DNA of 64,000 nucleotides from Balanoglossus misakiensis (lineage: Eukaryota > Animalia > Hemichordata), in assembly GCA_040954595.2 (NCBI GenBank), contig CM082587.2, positions 11,773,262 through 11,837,261 on the forward strand, read 5' to 3'. Position 1 is the stretch's first letter, and the number at the start of each line of letters is the position of its first letter. A program made the position numbers and the translations under genes. Shown piece after piece: positions 51,901 to 64,000 of the stretch. A model generated the notes under the pieces. The model ran no database searches, had not been told where the DNA came from, and saw nothing but the letters and a program-made list of their open reading frames with translations.

Positions 51901-54900
51901 ACAGATCTTACGTGCCATTGGAGAGCTCCATTGACTGGTCATTCATACTGTTTTCATTCATTCATTGCGGCATCAATATATTTTATCTATTCTAGCCAAA
52001 GAGCTTGGCACCTGTTGAAATGAACTCATCTGCTGTGGGCCAGTTTATTGGTGGCAGTTGAGCTGAGGAGAGCACCTTCCTTCCCGGCACGCCACCAAGT
52101 AAAGTTCCACGCCGCCCACCACAGATGCCAGCATTCATTCATGCGAGTGAGTGTAATTGCAAATTTGCCTATTCTAGATCTGTAATGGAAATGGAGAAAG
52201 TACCTTATATTTTCTGTAAAATAGACATTTAATTGGCAAGCCGTCCTGCATCAATTATGAATTGTGTACATGCACTAAAGCGCCCTCACTGCTGGGTGTG
52301 TTGTATGGTCTTTAACCCTGTTTCAAATTAGAGTACTTTCTGCAATTTCAAGACAGATCTTACGTGCCATTGGAGAGCTCCATTGACTGGTCATTCATAC
52401 TGTTTTCATTCATTCATTGCGGCATCAATATATTTTATCTATTCTAGCCAAAGAGCTTGGCACCTGTTGAAATGAACTCATCTGCTGTGGGCCAGTTTAT
52501 TGGTGGCAGTTGAGCTGAGGAGAGCACCTTCCTTCCCGGCACGCCACCAAGTAAAGTTCCACGCCGCCCACCACAGATGCCAGCATTCATTCATGCGAGT
52601 GAGTGTAATTGCAAATTTGCCTATTCTAGATCTGTAATGGAAATGGAGAAAGTACCTTATATTTTCTGTAAAATAGACATTTAATTGGCAAGCCGTCCTG
52701 CATCAATTATGAATTGTGTACATGCACTAAAGCGCCCTCACTGCTGGGTGTGTTGTATGGTCTTTAACCCTGTTTCAAATTAGAGTACTTTCTGCAATTT
52801 CAAGACAGATCTTACGTGCCATTGGAGAGCTCCATTGACTGGTCATTCATACTGTTTTCATTCATTCATTGCGGCATCAATATATTTTATCTATTCTAGC
52901 CAAAGAGCTTGGCACCTGTTGAAATGAACTCATCTGCTGTGGGCCAGTTTATTGGTGGCAGTTGAGCTGAGAAGAGCACCTTCCTTCCCGGCACGCCACC
53001 AAGTAAAGTTCCACGCCGCCCACCACAGATGCCAGCATTCATTCATGCGAGTGAGTGTAATTGCAAATTTGCCTATTCTAGAATCTTACGTGCCATTGGA
53101 GAGCTCCATTGACTGGTCATTCATACTGTTTTCATTCATTCATTGCGGCATCAATATATTTTATCTATTCTAGCCAAAGAGCTTGGCACCTGTTGAAATG
53201 AACTCATCTGCTGTGGGCCAGTTTATTGGTGGCAGTTGAGCTGAGGAGAGCACCTTCCTTCCCGGGACGCCACCAAGTAAAGTTCCACGCCGCCCACCAC
53301 AGATGCCAGCATTCATTCATGCGAGTGAGTGTAATTGCAAATTTGCCTATTCTAGATTCTTACGTGCCATTGGAGAGCTCCATTGACTGGTCATTCATAC
53401 TGTTTTCATTCATTCATTGCGGCATCAATATATTTTATCTATTCTAGCCAAAGAGCTTGGCACCTGTTGAAATGAACTCATCTGCTGTGGGCCAGTTTAT
53501 TGGTGGCAGTTGAGCTGAGGAGAGCACCTTCCTTCCCGGCACGCCACCAAGTAAAGTTCCACGCCGCCCACCACAGATGCCAGCATTCATTCATGCGAGT
53601 GAGTGTAATTGCAAATTTGCCTATTCTAGATCTGTAATGGAAATGGAGAAAGTACCTTATATTTTCTGTAAAATAGACATTTAATTGGCAAGCCGTCCTG
53701 CATCAATTATTAATTGTGTACATGCACTAAAGCGCCCTCACTGCTGGGTGTGTTGTATGGTCTTTAACCCTGTTTCAAATTAGAGTACTTTCTGCAATTT
53801 CAAGACAGATCTTACGTGCCATTGGAGAGCTCCATTGACTGGTCATTCATACTGTTTTCATTCATTCATTGCGGCATCAATATATTTTATCTATTCTAGC
53901 CAAAGAGCTTGGCACCTGTTGAAATGAACTCATCTGCTGTGGGCCAGTTTATTGGTGGCAGTTGAGCTGAGGAGAGCACCTTCCTTCCCGGCACGCCACC
54001 AAGTAAAGTTCCACGCCGCCCACCACAGATGCCAGCATTCATTCATGCGAGTGAGTGTAATTGCAAATTTGCCTATTCTAGATCTGTAATGGAAATGGAG
54101 AAAGTACCTTATATTTTCTGTAAAATAGACATTTAATTGGCAAGCCGTCCTGCATCAATTATTAATTGTGTACATGCACTAAAGCGCCCTCACTGCTGGG
54201 TGTGTTGTATGGTCTTTAACCCTGTTTCAAATTAGAGTACTTTCTGCAATTTCAAGACAGATCTTACGTGCCATTGGAGAGCTCCATTGACTGGTCATTC
54301 ATACTGTTTTCATTCATTCATTGCGGCATCAATATATTTTATCTATTCTAGCCAAAGAGCTTGGCACCTGTTGAAATGAACTCATCTGCTGTGGGCCAGT
54401 TTATTGGTGGCAGTTGAGCTGAGGAGAGCACCTTCCTTCCCGGCACGCCACCAAGTAAAGTTCCACGCCGCCCACCACAGATGCCAGCATTCATTCATGC
54501 GAGTGAGTGTAATTGCAAATTTGCCTATTCTAGAATTACGTGCCATTGGAGAGCTCCATTGACTGGTCATTCATACTGTTTTCATTCATTCATTGCGGCA
54601 TCAATATATTTTATCTATTCTAGCCAAAGAGCTTGGCACCTGTTGAAATGAACTCATCTGCTGTGGGCCAGTTTATTGGTGGCAGTTGAGCTGAGGAGAG
54701 CACCTTCCTTCCCGGCACGCCACCAAGTAAAGTTCCACGCCGCCCACCACAGATGCCAGCATTCATTCATGCGAGTGAGTGTAATTGCAAATTTGCCTAT
54801 TCTAGATCTGTAATGGAAATGGAGAAAGTACCTTATATTTTCTGTAAAATAGACATTTAATTGGCAAGCCGTCCTGCATCAATTATGAATTGTGTACATG

Positions 54901-57900
54901 CACTAAAGCGCCCTCACTGCTGGGTGTGTTGTATGGTCTTTAACCCTGTTTCAAATTAGAGTACTTTCTGCAATTTCAAGACAGATCTTACGTGCCATTG
55001 GAGAGCTCCATTGACTGGTCATTCATACTGTTTTCATTCATTCATTGCGGCATCAATATATTTTATCTATTCTAGCCAAAGAGCTTGGCACCTGTTGAAA
55101 TGAACTCATCTGCTGTGGGCCAGTTTATTGGTGGCAGTTGAGCTGAGGAGAGCACCTTCCTTCCCGGCACGCCACCAAGTAAAGTTCCACGCCGCCCACC
55201 ACAGATGCCAGCATTCATTCATGCGAGTGAGTGTAATTGCAAATTTGCCTATTCTAGAATCTTACGTGCCATTGGAGAGCTCCATTGACTGGTCATTCAT
55301 ACTGTTTTCATTCATTCATTGCGGCATCAATATATTTTATCTATTCTAGCCAAAGAGCTTGGCACCTGTTGAAATGAACTCATCTGCTGTGGGCCAGTTT
55401 ATTGGTGGCAGTTGAGCTGAGGAGAGCACCTTCCTTCCCGGCACGCCACCAAGTAAAGTTCCACGCCGCCCACCACAGATGCCAGCATTCATTCATGCGA
55501 GTGAGTGTAATTGCAAATTTGCCTATTCTAGATCTGTAATGGAAATGGAGAAAGTACCTTATATTTTCTGTAAAATAGACATTTAATTGGCAAGCCGTCC
55601 TGCATCAATTATTAATTGTGTACATGCACTAAAGCGCCCTCACTGCTGGGTGTGTTGTATGGTCTTTAACCCTGTTTCAAATTAGAGTACTTTCTGCAAT
55701 TTCAAGACAGATCTTACGTGCCATTGGAGAGCTCCATTGACTGGTCATTCATACTGTTTTCATTCATTCATTGCGGCATCAATATATTTTATCTATTCTA
55801 GCCAAAGAGCTTGGCACCTGTTGAAATGAACTCATCTGCTGTGGGCCAGTTTATTGGTGGCAGTTGAGCTGAGAAGAGCACCTTCCTTCCCGGCACGCCA
55901 CCAAGTAAAGTTCCACGCCGCCCACCACAGATGCCAGCATTCATTCATGCGAGTGAGTGTAATTGCAAATTTGCCTATTCTAGATCTGTAATGGAAATGG
56001 AGAAAGTACCTTATATTTTCTGTAAAATAGACATTTAATTGGCAAGCCGTCCTGCATCAATTATGAATTGTGTACATGCACTAAAGCGCCCTCACTGCTG
56101 GGTGTGTTGTATGGTCTTTAACCCTGTTTCAAATTAGAGTACTTTCTGCAATTTCAAGACAGATCTTACGTGCCATTGGAGAGCTCCATTGACTGGTCAT
56201 TCATACTGTTTTCATTCATTCATTGCGGCATCAATATATTTTATCTATTCTAGCCAAAGAGCTTGGCACCTGTTGAAATGAACTCATCTGCTGTGGGCCA
56301 GTTTATTGGTGGCAGTTGAGCTGAGGAGAGCACCTTCCTTCCCGGCACGCCACCAAGTAAAGTTCCACGCCGCCCACCACAGATGCCAGCATTCATTCAT
56401 GCGAGTGAGTGTAATTGCAAATTTGCCTATTCTAGATCTGTAATGGAAATGGAGAAAGTACCTTATATTTTCTGTAAAATAGACATTTAATTGGCAAGCC
56501 GTCCTGCATCAATTATGAATTGTGTACATGCACTAAAGCGCCCTCACTGCTGGGTGTGTTGTATGGTCTTTAACCCTGTTTCAAATTAGAGTACTTTCTG
56601 CAATTTCAAGACAGATCTTACGTGCCATTGGAGAGCTCCATTGACTGGTCATTCATACTGTTTTCATTCATTCATTGCGGCATCAATATATTTTATCTAT
56701 TCTAGCCAAAGAGCTTGGCACCTGTTGAAATGAACTCATCTGCTGTGGGCCAGTTTATTGGTGGCAGTTGAGCTGAGGAGAGCACCTTCCTTCCCGGCAC
56801 GCCACCAAGTAAAGTTCCACGCCGCCCACCACAGATGCCAGCATTCATTCATGCGAGTGAGTGTAATTGCAAATTTGCCTATTCTAGATCTGTAATGGAA
56901 ATGGAGAAAGTACCTTATATTTTCTGTAAAATAGACATTTAATTGGCAAGCCGTCCTGCATCAATTATGAATTGTGTACATGCACTAAAGCGCCCTCACT
57001 GCTGGGTGTGTTGTATGGTCTTTAACCCTGTTTCAAATTAGAGTACTTTCTGCAATTTCAAGACAGATCTTACGTGCCATTGGAGAGCTCCATTGACTGG
57101 TCATTCATACTGTTTTCATTCATTCATTGCGGCATCAATATATTTTATCTATTCTAGCCAAAGAGCTTGGCACCTGTTGAAATGAACTCATCTGCTGTGG
57201 GCCAGTTTATTGGTGGCAGTTGAGCTGAGGAGAGCACCTTCCTTCCCGGCACGCCACCAAGTAAAGTTCCACGCCGCCCACCACAGATGCCAGCATTCAT
57301 TCATGCGAGTGAGTGTAATTGCAAATTTGCCTATTCTAGATCTGTAATGGAAATGGAGAAAGTACCTTATATTTTCTGTAAAATAGACATTTAATTGGCA
57401 AGCCGTCCTGCATCAATTATGAATTGTGTACATGCACTAAAGCGCCCTCACTGCTGGGTGTGTTGTATGGTCTTTAACCCTGTTTCAAATTAGAGTACTT
57501 TCTGCAATTTCAAGACAGATCTTACGTGCCATTGGAGAGCTCCATTGACTGGTCATTCATACTGTTTTCATTCATTCATTGCGGCATCAATATATTTTAT
57601 CTATTCTAGCCAAAGAGCTTGGCACCTGTTGAAATGAACTCATCTGCTGTGGGCCAGTTTATTGGTGGCAGTTGAGCTGAGAAGAGCACCTTCCTTCCCG
57701 GCACGCCACCAAGTAAAGTTCCACGCCGCCCACCACAGATGCCAGCATTCATTCATGCGAGTGAGTGTAATTGCAAATTTGCCTATTCTAGAATCTTACG
57801 TGCCATTGGAGAGCTCCATTGACTGGTCATTCATACTGTTTTCATTCATTCATTGCGGCATCAATATATTTTATCTATTCTAGCCAAAGAGCTTGGCACC

Positions 57901-60900
57901 TGTTGAAATGAACTCATCTGCTGTGGGCCAGTTTATTGGTGGCAGTTGAGCTGAGGAGAGCACCTTCCTTCCCGGGACGCCACCAAGTAAAGTTCCACGC
58001 CGCCCACCACAGATGCCAGCATTCATTCATGCGAGTGAGTGTAATTGCAAATTTGCCTATTCTAGATTCTTACGTGCCATTGGAGAGCTCCATTGACTGG
58101 TCATTCATACTGTTTTCATTCATTCATTGCGGCATCAATATATTTTATCTATTCTAGCCAAAGAGCTTGGCACCTGTTGAAATGAACTCATCTGCTGTGG
58201 GCCAGTTTATTGGTGGCAGTTGAGCTGAGGAGAGCACCTTCCTTCCCGGCACGCCACCAAGTAAAGTTCCACGCCGCCCACCACAGATGCCAGCATTCAT
58301 TCATGCGAGTGAGTGTAATTGCAAATTTGCCTATTCTAGATCTGTAATGGAAATGGAGAAAGTACCTTATATTTTCTGTAAAATAGACATTTAATTGGCA
58401 AGCCGTCCTGCATCAATTATTAATTGTGTACATGCACTAAAGCGCCCTCACTGCTGGGTGTGTTGTATGGTCTTTAACCCTGTTTCAAATTAGAGTACTT
58501 TCTGCAATTTCAAGACAGATCTTACGTGCCATTGGAGAGCTCCATTGACTGGTCATTCATACTGTTTTCATTCATTCATTGCGGCATCAATATATTTTAT
58601 CTATTCTAGCCAAAGAGCTTGGCACCTGTTGAAATGAACTCATCTGCTGTGGGCCAGTTTATTGGTGGCAGTTGAGCTGAGGAGAGCACCTTCCTTCCCG
58701 GCACGCCACCAAGTAAAGTTCCACGCCGCCCACCACAGATGCCAGCATTCATTCATGCGAGTGAGTGTAATTGCAAATTTGCCTATTCTAGAATTACGTG
58801 CCATTGGAGAGCTCCATTGACTGGTCATTCATACTGTTTTCATTCATTCATTGCGGCATCAATATATTTTATCTATTCTAGCCAAAGAGCTTGGCACCTG
58901 TTGAAATGAACTCATCTGCTGTGGGCCAGTTTATTGGTGGCAGTTGAGCTGAGGAGAGCACCTTCCTTCCCGGCACGCCACCAAGTAAAGTTCCACGCCG
59001 CCCACCACAGATGCCAGCATTCATTCATGCGAGTGAGTGTAATTGCAAATTTGCCTATTCTAGATCTGTAATGGAAATGGAGAAAGTACCTTATATTTTC
59101 TGTAAAATAGACATTTAATTGGCAAGCCGTCCTGCATCAATTATGAATTGTGTACATGCACTAAAGCGCCCTCACTGCTGGGTGTGTTGTATGGTCTTTA
59201 ACCCTGTTTCAAATTAGAGTACTTTCTGCAATTTCAAGACAGATCTTACGTGCCATTGGAGAGCTCCATTGACTGGTCATTCATACTGTTTTCATTCATT
59301 CATTGCGGCATCAATATATTTTATCTATTCTAGCCAAAGAGCTTGGCACCTGTTGAAATGAACTCATCTGCTGTGGGCCAGTTTATTGGTGGCAGTTGAG
59401 CTGAGGAGAGCACCTTCCTTCCCGGCACGCCACCAAGTAAAGTTCCACGCCGCCCACCACAGATGCCAGCATTCATTCATGCGAGTGAGTGTAATTGCAA
59501 ATTTGCCTATTCTAGATCTGTAATGGAAATGGAGAAAGTACCTTATATTTTCTGTAAAATAGACATTTAATTGGCAAGCCGTCCTGCATCAATTATGAAT
59601 TGTGTACATGCACTAAAGCGCCCTCACTGCTGGGTGTGTTGTATGGTCTTTAACCCTGTTTCAAATTAGAGTACTTTCTGCAATTTCAAGACAGATCTTA
59701 CGTGCCATTGGAGAGCTCCATTGACTGGTCATTCATACTGTTTTCATTCATTCATTTCGGCATCAATATATTTTATCTATTCTAGCCAAAGAGCTTGGCA
59801 CCTGTTGAAATGAACTCATCTGCTGTGGGCCAGTTTATTGGTGGCAGTTGAGCTGAGAAGAGCACCTTCCTTCCCGGCACGCCACCAAGTAAAGTTCCAC
59901 GCCGCCCACCACAGATGCCAGCATTCATTCATGCGAGTGAGTGTAATTGCAAATTTGCCTATTCTAGAATCTTACGTGCCATTGGAGAGCTCCATTGACT
60001 GGTCATTCATACTGTTTTCATTCATTCATTGCGGCATCAATATATTTTATCTATTCTAGCCAAAGAGCTTGGCACCTGTTGAAATGAACTCATCTGCTGT
60101 GGGCCAGTTTATTGGTGGCAGTTGAGCTGAGGAGAGCACCTTCCTTCCCGGGACGCCACCAAGTAAAGTTCCACGCCGCCCACCACAGATGCCAGCATTC
60201 ATTCATGCGAGTGAGTGTAATTGCAAATTTGCCTATTCTAGATTCTTACGTGCCATTGGAGAGCTCCATTGACTGGTCATTCATACTGTTTTCATTCATT
60301 CATTGCGGCATCAATATATTTTATCTATTCTAGCCAAAGAGCTTGGCACCTGTTGAAATGAACTCATCTGCTGTGGGCCAGTTTATTGGTGGCAGTTGAG
60401 CTGAGGAGAGCACCTTCCTTCCCGGCACGCCACCAAGTAAAGTTCCACGCCGCCCACCACAGATGCCAGCATTCATTCATGCGAGTGAGTGTAATTGCAA
60501 ATTTGCCTATTCTAGATCTGTAATGGAAATGGAGAAAGTACCTTATATTTTCTGTAAAATAGACATTTAATTGGCAAGCCGTCCTGCATCAATTATTAAT
60601 TGTGTACATGCACTAAAGCGCCCTCACTGCTGGGTGTGTTGTATGGTCTTTAACCCTGTTTCAAATTAGAGTACTTTCTGCAATTTCAAGACAGATCTTA
60701 CGTGCCATTGGAGAGCTCCATTGACTGGTCATTCATACTGTTTTCATTCATTCATTGCGGCATCAATATATTTTATCTATTCTAGCCAAAGAGCTTGGCA
60801 CCTGTTGAAATGAACTCATCTGCTGTGGGCCAGTTTATTGGTGGCAGTTGAGCTGAGGAGAGCACCTTCCTTCCCGGCACGCCACCAAGTAAAGTTCCAC

Positions 60901-63900
60901 GCCGCCCACCACAGATGCCAGCATTCATTCATGCGAGTGAGTGTAATTGCAAATTTGCCTATTCTAGAATTACGTGCCATTGGAGAGCTCCATTGACTGG
61001 TCATTCATACTGTTTTCATTCATTCATTGCGGCATCAATATATTTTATCTATTCTAGCCAAAGAGCTTGGCACCTGTTGAAATGAACTCATCTGCTGTGG
61101 GCCAGTTTATTGGTGGCAGTTGAGCTGAGGAGAGCACCTTCCTTCCCGGCACGCCACCAAGTAAAGTTCCACGCCGCCCACCACAGATGCCAGCATTCAT
61201 TCATGCGAGTGAGTGTAATTGCAAATTTGCCTATTCTAGATCTGTAATGGAAATGGAGAAAGTACCTTATATTTTCTGTAAAATAGACATTTAATTGGCA
61301 AGCCGTCCTGCATCAATTATGAATTGTGTACATGCACTAAAGCGCCCTCACTGCTGGGTGTGTTGTATGGTCTTTAACCCTGTTTCAAATTAGAGTACTT
61401 TCTGCAATTTCAAGACAGATCTTACGTGCCATTGGAGAGCTCCATTGACTGGTCATTCATACTGTTTTCATTCATTCATTGCGGCATCAATATATTTTAT
61501 CTATTCTAGCCAAAGAGCTTGGCACCTGTTGAAATGAACTCATCTGCTGTGGGCCAGTTTATTGGTGGCAGTTGAGCTGAGGAGAGCACCTTCCTTCCCG
61601 GCACGCCACCAAGTAAAGTTCCACGCCGCCCACCACAGATGCCAGCATTCATTCATGCGAGTGAGTGTAATTGCAAATTTGCCTATTCTAGATCTGTAAT
61701 GGAAATGGAGAAAGTACCTTATATTTTCTGTAAAATAGACATTTAATTGGCAAGCCGTCCTGCATCAATTATTAATTGTGTACATGCACTAAAGCGCCCT
61801 CACTGCTGGGTGTGTTGTATGGTCTTTAACCCTGTTTCAAATTAGAGTACTTTCTGCAATTTCAAGACAGATCTTACGTGCCATTGGAGAGCTCCATTGA
61901 CTGGTCATTCATACTGTTTTCATTCATTCATTGCGGCATCAATATATTTTATCTATTCTAGCCAAAGAGCTTGGCACCTGTTGAAATGAACTCATCTGCT
62001 GTGGGCCAGTTTATTGGTGGCAGTTGAGCTGAGAAGAGCACCTTCCTTCCCGGCACGCCACCAAGTAAAGTTCCACGCCGCCCACCACAGATGCCAGCAT
62101 TCATTCATGCGAGTGAGTGTAATTGCAAATTTGCCTATTCTAGATCTGTAATGGAAATGGAGAAAGTACCTTATATTTTCTGTAAAATAGACATTTAATT
62201 GGCAAGCCGTCCTGCATCAATTATGAATTGTGTACATGCACTAAAGCGCCCTCACTGCTGGGTGTGTTGTATGGTCTTTAACCCTGTTTCAAATTAGAGT
62301 ACTTTCTGCAATTTCAAGACAGATCTTACGTGCCATTGGAGAGCTCCATTGACTGGTCATTCATACTGTTTTCATTCATTCATTGCGGCATCAATATATT
62401 TTATCTATTCTAGCCAAAGAGCTTGGCACCTGTTGAAATGAACTCATCTGCTGTGGGCCAGTTTATTGGTGGCAGTTGAGCTGAGGAGAGCACCTTCCTT
62501 CCCGGCACGCCACCAAGTAAAGTTCCACGCCGCCCACCACAGATGCCAGCATTCATTCATGCGAGTGAGTGTAATTGCAAATTTGCCTATTCTAGATCTG
62601 TAATGGAAATGGAGAAAGTACCTTATATTTTCTGTAAAATAGACATTTAATTGGCAAGCCGTCCTGCATCAATTATGAATTGTGTACATGCACTAAAGCG
62701 CCCTCACTGCTGGGTGTGTTGTATGGTCTTTAACCCTGTTTCAAATTAGAGTACTTTCTGCAATTTCAAGACAGATCTTACGTGCCATTGGAGAGCTCCA
62801 TTGACTGGTCATTCATACTGTTTTCATTCATTCATTGCGGCATCAATATATTTTATCTATTCTAGCCAAAGAGCTTGGCACCTGTTGAAATGAACTCATC
62901 TGCTGTGGGCCAGTTTATTGGTGGCAGTTGAGCTGAGGAGAGCACCTTCCTTCCCGGCACGCCACCAAGTAAAGTTCCACGCCGCCCACCACAGATGCCA
63001 GCATTCATTCATGCGAGTGAGTGTAATTGCAAATTTGCCTATTCTAGATCTGTAATGGAAATGGAGAAAGTACCTTATATTTTCTGTAAAATAGACATTT
63101 AATTGGCAAGCCGTCCTGCATCAATTATGAATTGTGTACATGCACTAAAGCGCCCTCACTGCTGGGTGTGTTGTATGGTCTTTAACCCTGTTTCAAATTA
63201 GAGTACTTTCTGCAATTTCAAGACAGATCTTACGTGCCATTGGAGAGCTCCATTGACTGGTCATTCATACTGTTTTCATTCATTCATTGCGGCATCAATA
63301 TATTTTATCTATTCTAGCCAAAGAGCTTGGCACCTGTTGAAATGAACTCATCTGCTCTGGGCCAGTTTATTGGTGGCAGTTGAGCTGAGGAGAGCACCTT
63401 CCTTCCCGGCACGCCACCAAGTAAAGTTCCACGCCGCCCACCACAGATGCCAGCATTCATTCATGCGAGTGAGTGTAATTGCAAATTTGCCTATTCTAGA
63501 TCTGTAATGGAAATGGAGAAAGTACCTTATATTTTCTGTAAAATAGACATTTAATTGGCAAGCCGTCCTGCATCAATTATGAATTGTGTACATGCACTAA
63601 AGCGCCCTCACTGCTGGGTGTGTTGTATGGTCTTTAACCCTGTTTCAAATTAGAGTACTTTCTGCAATTTCAAGACAGATCTTACGTGCCATTGGAGAGC
63701 TCCATTGACTGGTCATTCATACTGTTTTCATTCATTCATTGCGGCATCAATATATTTTATCTATTCTAGCCAAAGAGCTTGGCACCTGTTGAAATGAACT
63801 CATCTGCTGTGGGCCAGTTTATTGGTGGCAGTTGAGCTGAGAAGAGCACCTTCCTTCCCGGCACGCCACCAAGTAAAGTTCCACGCCGCCCACCACAGAT

Positions 63901-64000
63901 GCCAGCATTCATTCATGCGAGTGAGTGTAATTGCAAATTTGCCTATTCTAGAATCTTACGTGCCATTGGAGAGCTCCATTGACTGGTCATTCATACTGTT
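48949..64000. repeat. Tandem satellite array 3
   Basis: Monomer order matches array 2 at +22632 to about 63.4 kb, then continues as array without a third cassette. Confidence 0.99.

Overview
Eukaryotic, probably invertebrate animal DNA, judged from GT-AG introns and a SET8-like gene. About 47.7 kb of the window is a highly homogeneous tandem array of a 452-bp monomer mixed with 272/274/275-bp short monomers. The long monomer is module A (~273 bp) plus module B (179 bp, bounded by 25-28 bp imperfect terminal inverted repeats). The short monomers are A without B and have varied junctions. The array is interrupted twice, 22,632 bp apart, by a nearly identical ~8.15-kb cassette (18170-26316, 40802-48948). 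The cassette encodes: (i) a Sola1-like DDD transposase split into two intact, divergently oriented genes (N-terminal/CxxC half on minus, catalytic half on plus); (ii) a truncated duplicate of the N-half; (iii) a 4-exon gene, missed by the ORF track, fusing a D5/RFX-like winged helix to a SET8/PR-Set7-like SET domain; (iv) a His-Me finger (I-PpoI-like) endonuclease; (v) a diverged copy of module A. The cassette's right end runs directly into module B and its inverted repeat. My best reading is a satellite-embedded composite DNA transposon system whose miniature derivative (B) is part of the satellite monomer. Family calls come from motif recognition by eye; no searches were run.
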